A stretch of 64,000 nt of DNA, from the NCBI GenBank assembly GCA_040752635.1, contig JBFMGS010000003.1, forward strand, positions 27,528 to 91,527. The letters run 5' to 3'. Under the pieces are notes generated by a model. The model worked only from the letters and a program-made list of their open reading frames with translations, had not been told where the DNA came from and did no database searches. The DNA is from Bacillota bacterium (GTDB taxonomy: Bacteria > Bacillota > SHA-98 > UBA4971). The position numbers and the translations under genes are program-made. Of this stretch, positions 1 to 8,468 are shown piece after piece (position 1 is the first letter of the stretch; every line of letters begins with the position of its first letter).

Positions 1-693
1 GGTGATGCCCAGCCGCCTGTTCCCCACCCCAGAACCAGGCCTGATGCCCGTATCGCCCATCTGAATGGTTGTGCCGAGGCGCTTTGTTGACATGGACGCC
101 AGAGCATCAACGACCACGACCAGGTCAGGACGGACATTGTTCACAACGCCGCGGATTATCTCGCCTGTTTCGATACCGGTGAGCCCCAACACCCCTGGAG
201 CGATCGCGCACACGGGGCGCATACCGCCCCGAAGCTCCGGTGGCACCAGGTCGTGAAGATGTCTGGTGACGGTCAGGTACTCAACAGTCCGAGGGCCCAG
301 GGCGTCGGGCGTGGCCTGCCAGTTGCCGAGGCCTGCCACGAGAACACTCGCGTTCGGGGCAAGAGGAGCAAGCCGCAAGAACTCGCGGGCGAACACCTGA
401 GCTAGTTCTTCTTGTATCTCCTTGCTTTTCGTCCGAAGATGGGGGGACTCGATTGTGATGTAGTTTCCCCTTACCTTTCCCAAAGTCCGTTCTGCTTCTT
501 CGGTCAGGACCTTCACCCGTGTTATCGTGGTGTATCGGGTCTTATCGGTCTCCGATATAACCCCCGGGAACTCCGCCCCCGTTATGCGCGATACGAACTC
601 CCTGGCCTCGAGGGCGAGGTCTGTTCGAACCCCGAAATGCTTCCACATCCCATCTTGAGCCGCATCATTTGGCGGTTTTCGCCTTTCGGACAT
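1..693 (-). CDS. gpr: Germination (spore) protease GPR, N-terminal 231 codons; the 3' end lies beyond the window edge
   Basis: My own minus-strand translation from the ATG at 693 gives MSERRKPPNDAAQDGMWKHFGVRTDLALEA...VLVAGLGNWQATPDALGPRTVEYLTVTRHL...APGVLGLTGIETGEII...VVVDALAS...TIQMGDTGIRPGSGVGN. It carries GPR hallmark motifs (VRTDLA, GLGNW..TPDALGP, DTGI.PGSGVGN). It is absent from the ORF track because it runs off the edge. Its position next to rpsT/holA matches Bacillus synteny. Confidence 0.85.
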   Translation of the reverse strand, partial: MSERRKPPNDAAQDGMWKHFGVRTDLALEAREFVSRITGAEFPGVISETDKTRYTTITRVKVLTEEAERTLGKVRGNYITIESPHLRTKSKEIQEELAQVFAREFLRLAPLAPNASVLVAGLGNWQATPDALGPRTVEYLTVTRHLHDLVPPELRGGMRPVCAIAPGVLGLTGIETGEIIRGVVNNVRPDLVVVVDALASMSTKRLGTTIQMGDTGIRPGSGVGNRRLGIT

Positions 694-857
694 GAGGCGA
701 AAGTCACCCCTCGTCGTCCGTATGCCACGCCTTCTGGTACGCTGCATAGCCCAACTCCCTCCTGGCCCACCAACCCTTACCGGGTTGGGAGGGCCTTTCC
801 GCATCATCTGTGTTATGGCCAGCGGGAGAGACTCTCATGTATGAGGCTGCCACGAGG

Positions 858-1328
858 CTATCTGACTTCCACCGGAACGAAAAAGTCAGCAAAGCCGACA
901 AGCACGCCCGCGACCAAGGCACCTGCCGCGGTCACATTCATGCCCGCTACCAGGAACTGCACCAGGTAAACGCTGGCGCTCGTCACAAAGAACCCGACTA
1001 TCCCCCTGGTTCGTGCCTTCAAGTGCCGGCCGAAGACGCTTTCCACGAGGTAACCTACGGTGGCTGCCCCGAGCGCTGCCGGGATTGCACCTGAGAACCC
1101 GCCTGCGGCAAAGCCGGGCATGAGAAAACTGAGCGCCAGCACCGCGACCAGGCTTACGAAGAACCTTGTTGCAGCACCAAAGAACACTGCCCCGACCTCC
1201 AAAACCGGGGTGTGGGCTCTTTTCCAATCGTATGTTGCCCAGCCACGAAAGCCGGTATCCTCCGAATTTCTCCGGGGGAGCTGGTTGAACTTCTCGTGGC
1301 ATCCCGGTTGAACTTCTCGCGATATCAT
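858..1328 (-). CDS. Small hydrophobic membrane protein of unknown function (start uncertain)
   Basis: ORF-track 156 aa. The C-terminal ~110 aa form 3-4 hydrophobic stretches (AVFFGAATRFFVSLVAVLALSFL, IVGFFVTSASVYLVQFLVAG, AAGALVAGVLVGFADFFV). The N-terminal ~40 aa overlap the rpsT promoter and direct repeats, so a TTG at 1202 is an alternative start. Confidence 0.45.
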   Translation of the reverse strand: MISREVQPGCHEKFNQLPRRNSEDTGFRGWATYDWKRAHTPVLEVGAVFFGAATRFFVSLVAVLALSFLMPGFAAGGFSGAIPAALGAATVGYLVESVFGRHLKARTRGIVGFFVTSASVYLVQFLVAGMNVTAAGALVAGVLVGFADFFVPVEVR

Positions 1329-1337
1329 GTTAGAATT
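1309..1337 (+). promoter_or_regulatory. Sigma-A type promoter of rpsT (TTGAAC-N17-TAGAAT)
   Basis: TTGAAC at 1309-1314, a 17-nt spacer, then TAGAAT at 1332-1337, about 40 nt upstream of the rpsT RBS AGGAGG (1364-1369). Confidence 0.55.
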
Positions 1338-1378
1338 GGGTTTGCGACCGGACGAGTGTGATGAGGAGGTTGAACTTC

Positions 1379-1651
1379 TTGCCGAACATCAAGTCAGCAG
1401 AGAAAAGGGTCAAGGTGGCGAGAAGGAGAACGGAGCGGAACGTATCTACCAGGTCATCAATGAAAACCGCTGTAAAGAAATACGAGGCTGAAATTGGGCG
1501 GGGCGACGTATCCGCGGCCCAGGCCGCTCTCCAAAAAGCTGTAAGCGTTATCGACAAGGCCGCCAAGAAGGGCGTCATCCACAAGAATCAGGCTGACAGG
1601 CGTAAGTCGCGTCTTTCGAAAAAGCTCCTTGACCTCACCAAGACGGGCTAA
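1379..1651 (+). CDS. rpsT: 30S ribosomal protein S20
   Basis: The ORF 1358..1651 contains [20 protein letters not shown]...[20 protein letters not shown], a typical S20. The likely true start is the TTG at 1379, 9 nt after AGGAGG; the ORF-track start is the GTG at 1358. Confidence 0.9.
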   Translation: MPNIKSAEKRVKVARRRTERNVSTRSSMKTAVKKYEAEIGRGDVSAAQAALQKAVSVIDKAAKKGVIHKNQADRRKSRLSKKLLDLTKTG

Positions 1652-1717
1652 CCTTTAGCACCTGAGTCCCTCGTGAAAGTGGCAAGCAAGACACGGGCTG
1701 ACAGGCAAGATACGGGC

Positions 1718-2737
1718 TTACCTGCCCGACCTTACAGCCCTGTGAGTGCATAAGCGAAGGACGAGCCTCTCGAGAAGTATCTGGTCTGCAGTCCCTGAGG
1801 CTTTGAGCTCGATGTCGGTCTTCAGCATAGCGGCAAACGCGTCTTCAAGGTCGTCGTAGCGGTAATTCCGCGCCTGGCTCAAGTACCTGCGGACCATGTA
1901 GTCTTGCAGGCGCATGGCAGCGGCGATCTTCGGAACGTTCGTGCCCTGCTCCTGCAGGGCTTTTGCTTGGAGAATGAGCCGCATCTGTCTGGCTATCATC
2001 GAGAGTATGCGCGCCGGGACCTCGCCAAAGCTCGCAAGCCGGTGCAATGCGGCGACGGCCTTCGGTGCATCCCGCTCTCCTATAGCGTCCACCAGATCAA
2101 AGATGCCGAGCTCAGGCTCGCCGGATATGACGGCTTTCACGTCCTCAAGCGTCAGCCGCTTCGGCTTGCCGACGCTCATGCCGGCGTAGTCGCATGCTTT
2201 CTGTACCGCGGCAGCAAGAACCCCAAGGTTCGTGCCGAGGATCCGCACGAGGTACTCCCGCGCGCCCCGATCGATTTCTATGCCCAAAGATCTGGCATGC
2301 CGGGCAAGCCACTCGGTGGCCTCACTCGCAAACAGGCGACGGTACCGGACGGCCCTTCCCACCTTCGAAATAGACTTGTATGCCTCGGTCTTCTCGTCAA
2401 CTGTCTTCGCAAGGAGAATGACCAGGCTGGTCTCGGGCATTCTCTGGATCGCCGCTACAAGCGCCTTCTGGTCGTCCGCCGGGAGATCATCGAACCCGCG
2501 TACGACCACGACGCGTCTCGCGCCAAACGCGGGCGGCGACATGATCGCGGTCGCAATCGTTGATACTTGCGCCTCAGCCGCGCGAAAGACGGTGTAGTTG
2601 AAATCCCGCTCATCCTGGTCCAGGCAGGCATCGACGATCTCCTTCGCCGCGGCCTCGCGCAAGTACTCCTCGTCGCCATATAGAAGGTAAACCGGCTTGA
2701 ACTTGTTCATTCTCTTCTCGTTGGCTATCTCATCCAC
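1718..2737 (-). CDS. holA: DNA polymerase III subunit delta
   Basis: 339 aa beginning ...KPVYLLYGDEEYL, with the length and architecture of HolA. It sits between rpsT and the comE genes, as in Bacillus. Confidence 0.8.
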   Translation of the reverse strand: MDEIANEKRMNKFKPVYLLYGDEEYLREAAAKEIVDACLDQDERDFNYTVFRAAEAQVSTIATAIMSPPAFGARRVVVVRGFDDLPADDQKALVAAIQRMPETSLVILLAKTVDEKTEAYKSISKVGRAVRYRRLFASEATEWLARHARSLGIEIDRGAREYLVRILGTNLGVLAAAVQKACDYAGMSVGKPKRLTLEDVKAVISGEPELGIFDLVDAIGERDAPKAVAALHRLASFGEVPARILSMIARQMRLILQAKALQEQGTNVPKIAAAMRLQDYMVRRYLSQARNYRYDDLEDAFAAMLKTDIELKASGTADQILLERLVLRLCTHRAVRSGR

Positions 2738-2779
2738 TGCAACGAGTCCCCCTAAGGAGTGCTTTGCTGCCGCACATCC

Positions 2780-3640
2780 TCAACTCTTCAGGCCTGTACG
2801 TGCGATCCCCTGAATGAACTGTCTCTGCACGAAGAAGAAGCCGATGACCACGGGCATTATGGCCATGGTGGAGGCCGCCATCAATAGAGTCGGCACAGTG
2901 CCGTGTTCTTGCATGAATGTGGACAGGCCCACCTGGATGGTGCGCATCCTGTCTGTGTTGGTCACGATGAGGGGCCAGAGGAACGCGTTCCAGCTACCGA
3001 TGAAGGTAAACAGGCCGCACGTGATGAAGACGGGCCTCGAGAGGGGTACCATGACCCTCCACAGGTAGCCGAAGCGCGTGCACCCGTCGATTTGCGCTGC
3101 ATCATAGAGCTCCCTCGGCACCGTTTGGAAGAACTGCCGCATCAGGAATATCGCAAAAACGCTTGCAAGCCAGGGCACAATGAGCGCATAGTAGCTGTCG
3201 ATCCAGCCCAGCTTAAAGAGGAGCACGTAGTTGGGGACGAGCGTCATCTGGTCCGGAATCATCATCGTGCCAAGGAACAACGTGAAAATGACCTCCCGCC
3301 CGAAGAAGTTCATGGTCGCAAAAGCATAGGCTGCAAGCGCAGAGAACGTGAGCTGACCTATGGTGGTGACCGACGCCACGAACGCGCTGTTGAAGAAATA
3401 CCTGGCGAATGGCGCCTCGTTCCAGGCATCTACATAGTTCGACCATACAAGCCGTGACGGTATCCACCTTATGGGAACGGTGAACACCTCACCGTAGTCC
3501 TTCAGCGATGTGGAGATCATCCAGGCAAACGGCGCAAGCATGATGACCGCGCCCGACAGGAGAAGGGCGTGGAATCCCGCAGAGCGAAGGAGGCGGGCTG
3601 CTATCGCACTGGCCTTGTGACGGGTTATTGCGCGTCTCAC
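2780..3640 (-). CDS. Carbohydrate-type ABC transporter permease (MalG/UgpE-like)
   Basis: 286 aa with 6 TM segments and the EAA-loop motif ELYDAAQIDGCTRFGYLWRVMVPLSRP. Confidence 0.85.
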   Translation of the reverse strand: MRRAITRHKASAIAARLLRSAGFHALLLSGAVIMLAPFAWMISTSLKDYGEVFTVPIRWIPSRLVWSNYVDAWNEAPFARYFFNSAFVASVTTIGQLTFSALAAYAFATMNFFGREVIFTLFLGTMMIPDQMTLVPNYVLLFKLGWIDSYYALIVPWLASVFAIFLMRQFFQTVPRELYDAAQIDGCTRFGYLWRVMVPLSRPVFITCGLFTFIGSWNAFLWPLIVTNTDRMRTIQVGLSTFMQEHGTVPTLLMAASTMAIMPVVIGFFFVQRQFIQGIARTGLKS

Positions 3641-3657
3641 TGTTCAGTGCCCCCTTC

Positions 3658-4686
3658 CTATTGGTAATGCACCCTGGAGCCAATGTACTTGCGCTGGAGC
3701 AGCGTAAGAATGAATATGACCACAAACAGGGCGTAAGCCATTGACGAAGCGTAGCCCATCCTAAAGTCCTCAAACCCGATCTTGTACAAGTAATATACCA
3801 CTACAAGCGTGCTCTTGAGCGGTCCGCCTCTGGTCATGACATATACCTGGCTGAAGACCTGGAACGAACCGATGACGGATATTATGAGCACAAAGAACGT
3901 GGTGGGAGACAGAAGCGGCCAGGTGATATGCCTGAAGATCTGCCACCCTCTCGCCCCGTCTATCTGCGCTGCTTCGTAGTACTCGGCGGAGATATTCTGC
4001 AGCCCCGCGAGGAATATGACGACGTTGTACCCGAGCCCTTTCCAGATGCTCATCGCGATTATGCAAGGCATAGCCCACTTAGGATCGAGAAGCCAGGATT
4101 GAATGGGAAGCCCCACCTTGTCAAGAAGCCCGTTAAGGAGCCCGGAATAGTCCGGATGGTATATCCAGAACCATACTATGGCCACAGCATTTGCAGCCGT
4201 TATCACCGGCAGAAAATAGGCCGTGCGATACCACGCGAGGCCTCTGATCTTCTGGTTCAGAAGAACCGCCACGAAAAGCGCCACGGCCATAGAGGTCGGA
4301 ACGGTGCCCACCACGTAGTATACCGTGTTCAACAGCGATGTCAGGAAATCGGCGTCCTTCAGAAGTGCGGCGTAGTTGCCGAGTCCCACGAACGTAGGGT
4401 TCGGACTTATGTAGTTCCAATCGAGAAGACTTACGTAGAAAGCATAGAACACAGGCGCGAAGTGGAACGTTATCAGGATGACCGTCGCAGGCAGAAGGTA
4501 CAGATATGCCGTCAGGCTTTCCTCAAGATACTTGCGCCGTCGTTGTGCTTTCCTCGCTACGGTTTGCGCCGATGGCACCTGTAAATGCACCACCTTCAAG
4601 GTACATCTGATATCTCCATCTTCATCGTCACAGGCTCGCACTGCCCAGGAGCACTTGAACGCTACCGGAGCCTCCTGGCGTTGCAT
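3658..4686 (-). CDS. Carbohydrate-type ABC transporter permease (MalF/UgpA-like); start uncertain
   Basis: EAA loop EYYEAAQIDGARGWQIFRHITWPLLSP in a polytopic membrane protein. The ORF track extends to 4749, but the first ~60 aa are non-membrane and overlap the upstream gene. I chose the ATG at 4686. Confidence 0.8.
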   Translation of the reverse strand: MQRQEAPVAFKCSWAVRACDDEDGDIRCTLKVVHLQVPSAQTVARKAQRRRKYLEESLTAYLYLLPATVILITFHFAPVFYAFYVSLLDWNYISPNPTFVGLGNYAALLKDADFLTSLLNTVYYVVGTVPTSMAVALFVAVLLNQKIRGLAWYRTAYFLPVITAANAVAIVWFWIYHPDYSGLLNGLLDKVGLPIQSWLLDPKWAMPCIIAMSIWKGLGYNVVIFLAGLQNISAEYYEAAQIDGARGWQIFRHITWPLLSPTTFFVLIISVIGSFQVFSQVYVMTRGGPLKSTLVVVYYLYKIGFEDFRMGYASSMAYALFVVIFILTLLQRKYIGSRVHYQ

Positions 4687-4730
4687 TTCGCGCTCCCGCC
4701 TCTCAGAGCAGGGACGGATGTGATACCTCG

Positions 4731-6893
4731 TCAGTGCGTCAGAAGCCACGTAACCAGGCGTATCACGAACTCCTGGTTACCTAAGTTAGGACGCAGGTCG
4801 TAAACGGAGTATAAAGGAGCGCCCACTGCCACCACGCGCCCCTTCCCGACTTCCTGGCCCGCGCAAAGGACGGGAGAGGACTCATAAAGATAGTGAGGCC
4901 CCTTTCCGTTGGTATCAACGCTTCTCGTGCCAGCCCCACCCGTAGCGAAGATAACCACTCCGTCTTGGAGCGAAAGCTCGCCAAAGCCAGCATCCGCGAT
5001 CGAACACGCTTGCGTCATTCTGACAGGGCGTGGGGCTTCGCCTATGCATCGCGCGCAGTCGGTCTCCACAGTGCACAGCACCGTTGCGGTGGCTTCCGAT
5101 CCCGTCCCGGACCAGACCTCATCGTCAGAAAACCTCATGGCCGACCCGATCGACGCGAGTATTGCGTTCAGTTGCTCCACGCTGCGCAGGGCATCAGATG
5201 CGTCGGACGACCCCGCCAGGAGCAGCCCGCCGCCGCGGAACACGAAATCACGTATCGCAAGGATCTCCGAGTCGTCGAAGGTCGTTGGCACAAGCGAGAT
5301 TCCCGGCTCGGGGTTGGCGATAACGAGAAGCGACACGTCTTTGAGGAGCTCCGCCGTTATTCGCCCCGGGTTAACCATGCCCTCGAGGCCCACCGTTGCG
5401 AGCACCTCCAGAAACTTCCCGGCAAACCCGCTGGCCCGGTTGTTGTGACCCTCGTCTACCATTACCTTCGGCAAGTCTTCAGGCAGTATTCTTACGGAAG
5501 TCGCGTACGTGTTCCCGGCGTAAGAAGGCATGGCCGGGTCAACGATGTTTGCAGTAACGGTCATGTCCCCGCTCACCGGGCTCGCCCACTCGAGCGAGAT
5601 GGGTCGGGTCTCGCCAGCGCCGACGTCGATTCTCACGGCCCCTATGGGAATCCGGGAACCGTGCGAACTTGCCATGAATTCAACGATCACCCCGGACTTG
5701 GCGGACTCGCCCAGGTTCACGACCTCGCCACGGAGGTGGCCTGGTGCACCTTTCTTGGGAAACCCCACGTCGAAACGCAAGTCTACAATCACGAGATCCG
5801 ATGGGCTTCTTACCCAGATGGGACTCGTGATGATGACATCGCCGTCCTCTTGTTCGATTCGCAGGTAGTACCAGTTGTACCCCTGGCCCGGATCAACCGT
5901 GAAAACCTTGTGAAAGGCCCGGCCACGCGTGCTATCAGAGTCGTCCTGCCGAAATTCCTTTACCACTACGCCACGGTTGGACTTGACCTCGACTTTGTAA
6001 ACGACGTCAGCGGGATCGGGGTCGCTTACGTCCACCTCGAACTGCACCTGACCTAGTGGCAGCGTAGAACCCATCCACTCGCCGTTGCCGGTGAACCGCA
6101 CTCGTACGTTCCTATCCTCGGATGAATAGGTACGCATCGCCCGCAATGCTTCGATTATGTCTTCTCTCGTGAGAGCGCCTGCTACGACGCCCGTTCTGGT
6201 GTCGGCGGCGGTCCCCCAGTCGGCCCTGTGGTTGTCCTGGCTGTTGATTGCGCCAAGCTGCCACCCGCGGTCGAGCGCCCGGATATACGACGCCTCGTAG
6301 AACGTATTCCTGGGGTAGGGCCCGGACGCGACCTCTAGAAGCCTTATCGTCTTGTTCCCGGCGAGAGAGAACCTGAAATCGTCCCAGTTCCCTTGTTCGT
6401 TTCTACCCGGATGGTTGAAGCTTGCAATGCCGCCTTTCCCCTGCATCCAGGACACGAGGTCGCCAAAAGAGATCTGTTCATCGCGCGAACACGGCTCTGG
6501 CGCCTCGATCACGGAGATATGCCCGGCGCCGTGCGTCCATTCCGTGCCTCGAAACGCTACGAACCTCCCGGGCTCGTTGAAGCGTTTCGCGGTCTCCAGC
6601 AGGGCTTGCCAGTGGCCCGGGTTCTCGAACATGTAGTATCCGTGTTCCGTGATGCCAAGAAAGTCGAGCCCTGCTGCGTCCCGCGCATGGGCGTATGCAT
6701 CCTCGGGTGTGAGTGCTCCGTCGGAGTATGACGTGTGTGAGTGGAGGTGCCCGAAATAGAAGTTCCATGTACCGCTTTCTGCGCGAACACACGCCGGGGC
6801 AACCAGGAGAACCAGAAGGACGGACAAGAAGACGACGCCGGGTAGAAACCCCTTCTTTGCGGTTAGCACATCAGCTCCTCCTCTCCAGGCCAC
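4731..6893 (-). CDS. Secreted multidomain protein: N-terminal PHP-family metallo-phosphoesterase domain, beta-rich middle domains, C-terminal GldG/DUF4350-like domain
   Basis: A signal-peptide-like N-terminus (LPGVVFLSVLLVLLVAPACVRAES) is followed by the PHP motif YFGHLHSHTSYSDG...GITEHG...FNHPGR. A CARDB-like segment (DLRFDVGFPKKGAPGHLRGEVVNLG) and a C-terminal VMVDEGHNN...LLVIANPEP...GGGLLLAGSSD segment follow. Confidence 0.65.
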   Translation of the reverse strand: MAWRGGADVLTAKKGFLPGVVFLSVLLVLLVAPACVRAESGTWNFYFGHLHSHTSYSDGALTPEDAYAHARDAAGLDFLGITEHGYYMFENPGHWQALLETAKRFNEPGRFVAFRGTEWTHGAGHISVIEAPEPCSRDEQISFGDLVSWMQGKGGIASFNHPGRNEQGNWDDFRFSLAGNKTIRLLEVASGPYPRNTFYEASYIRALDRGWQLGAINSQDNHRADWGTAADTRTGVVAGALTREDIIEALRAMRTYSSEDRNVRVRFTGNGEWMGSTLPLGQVQFEVDVSDPDPADVVYKVEVKSNRGVVVKEFRQDDSDSTRGRAFHKVFTVDPGQGYNWYYLRIEQEDGDVIITSPIWVRSPSDLVIVDLRFDVGFPKKGAPGHLRGEVVNLGESAKSGVIVEFMASSHGSRIPIGAVRIDVGAGETRPISLEWASPVSGDMTVTANIVDPAMPSYAGNTYATSVRILPEDLPKVMVDEGHNNRASGFAGKFLEVLATVGLEGMVNPGRITAELLKDVSLLVIANPEPGISLVPTTFDDSEILAIRDFVFRGGGLLLAGSSDASDALRSVEQLNAILASIGSAMRFSDDEVWSGTGSEATATVLCTVETDCARCIGEAPRPVRMTQACSIADAGFGELSLQDGVVIFATGGAGTRSVDTNGKGPHYLYESSPVLCAGQEVGKGRVVAVGAPLYSVYDLRPNLGNQEFVIRLVTWLLTH

Positions 6894-6947
6894 GGGCAGG
6901 CAAGGTCCGGGGCGGTTCGGGGCCCGCCCCGGACCGCTCCTCCGTGC

Positions 6948-8213
6948 TTACTTCACCAGGAGAGAGTTGACCTTCTCCGCGGCCTTATCCAGAGCTTCCT
7001 TGGGAGTCGCCTTCAAAAGGAACGCCTCCTCCACCGCCAGGCCTATAATCTCGCGGATATCCTGCCACTCGGCGATGTTCGGGTCTGTCACGGCGAACTT
7101 AAGAGCGTTCAGGCTTGCCGCGTTTCTGGGGTTTGCAGCCATCCAGTCCTTCATTTGCCGCAGGTAAAGGGCGGACCTCCTCACAGGGATGTAGCCGGTG
7201 TTGATCGCCCAATATGCCGTCTGAGTCGCGTTCGTGAGCCACTTCATGAACTTCCACGCCGCCTGCTGCTCTTCGGGTGCGGCCTGCGCGAACATTACCA
7301 GGTCAGTGCCGGCGACAGGCGCGGCCGGCCTCTTCTTGTAAGGTATCGGGCCGATGCCCCATTCGAATTTGCCCCCGACCGCTTTATCGGTGTATGAGTA
7401 GCTTGCTGAAGTCGCGAAGTAGGCGCAAGTCTTCCCTGCGCCGAAGTCGGCATCGGCGTATCCGGGGATGTAGTAAGCCACCTTGTGCTTGTGGAGCATG
7501 TCCACCATGAACTGCAGCGCTTCGACGCCCTCGGGCCCGTTGAACACGGCCTTCTTGCCGCTTTCGTCAAGGTACCGCCCGCCGTTGGTGAACAAGAGGT
7601 TTGCGAAGTAGTCTACGTTCGGTCTGAGCACGATTCCGTAGCGCGTCACCTTGCCATCCTTCACCGCTGTCAGCGCCTTCGATGCGGCCAGGAGGTCGTC
7701 CCAGGTCTTGGGAGGCTCAAGGCCTGCCTCTTTCAGGGCAGTCAGGTTGTATATGTATATGGCCACGCTCTTGTTAAACGGGAGAGTATGCATCTTGCCA
7801 TTGAACATGCACCCTGCACGAAGCTCCGGCCAGAAGTCTTCCAGTTCATCCTTGGAAAGCCCGCCGGGTCCCGCGAAGAAATCCTCAACAGGCTTCACGG
7901 CACCCGACTTTACGTACTCGGCAACCCAGTTGCCATAGGCCTGTGCCATCGTAGGGGGTTTCTTCGCTGCAAGCGCCGCCATTATCTTCTGGTTAAGGGC
8001 GGCGTAGCTACCCTGATACTCAGCCTTCACGATGATGTCCGGGTTCTGCTTCTGGAACTCATCAATGAGGTTGGAAAGGGTCTTGCCCAGGGCTGCACCC
8101 ATGCCATGCCAGAATGTAATCGTCACCTTAGATGCAGCAGATGCCGGAACAATCCCCGCAAGTAGCAGGGTAAGAAGGGCCACCGTGATAGCAGCAACAA
8201 CCGCTCTCTTCAA
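6948..8213 (-). CDS. ABC transporter extracellular solute-binding protein (family 1, sugar type)
   Basis: 421 aa with a signal peptide (MKRAVVAAITVALLTLLLAGIVPASAA). ITFWHGMG...QGSY.... is typical of sugar-binding SBPs. It is adjacent to the two permeases. No ATPase gene is present in the cassette. Confidence 0.85.
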   Translation of the reverse strand: MKRAVVAAITVALLTLLLAGIVPASAASKVTITFWHGMGAALGKTLSNLIDEFQKQNPDIIVKAEYQGSYAALNQKIMAALAAKKPPTMAQAYGNWVAEYVKSGAVKPVEDFFAGPGGLSKDELEDFWPELRAGCMFNGKMHTLPFNKSVAIYIYNLTALKEAGLEPPKTWDDLLAASKALTAVKDGKVTRYGIVLRPNVDYFANLLFTNGGRYLDESGKKAVFNGPEGVEALQFMVDMLHKHKVAYYIPGYADADFGAGKTCAYFATSASYSYTDKAVGGKFEWGIGPIPYKKRPAAPVAGTDLVMFAQAAPEEQQAAWKFMKWLTNATQTAYWAINTGYIPVRRSALYLRQMKDWMAANPRNAASLNALKFAVTDPNIAEWQDIREIIGLAVEEAFLLKATPKEALDKAAEKVNSLLVK

Positions 8214-8468
8214 CTGGTCTCCCTGGCCACCAATCCGCCCAAACGTCGCGGCCAGGGAATCCCTCCTTTCGCTATGGATTTCAGGGACCTGGTACGCTTA
8301 CCGACACAAGCCCACGCCCGCATAGCACACGTTGCCAGAACCTGGCGCCACCTCCTCTTTGAGGGATTCGCGCGGCCTGACCTGCTTTGGCCAAGGAGAC
8401 TGAGACTTCCAGGCCTCGAGGCTCCGCTACCGGCCTGTAGGCTCCGGGCCTACAGGAGGTATAGAATT

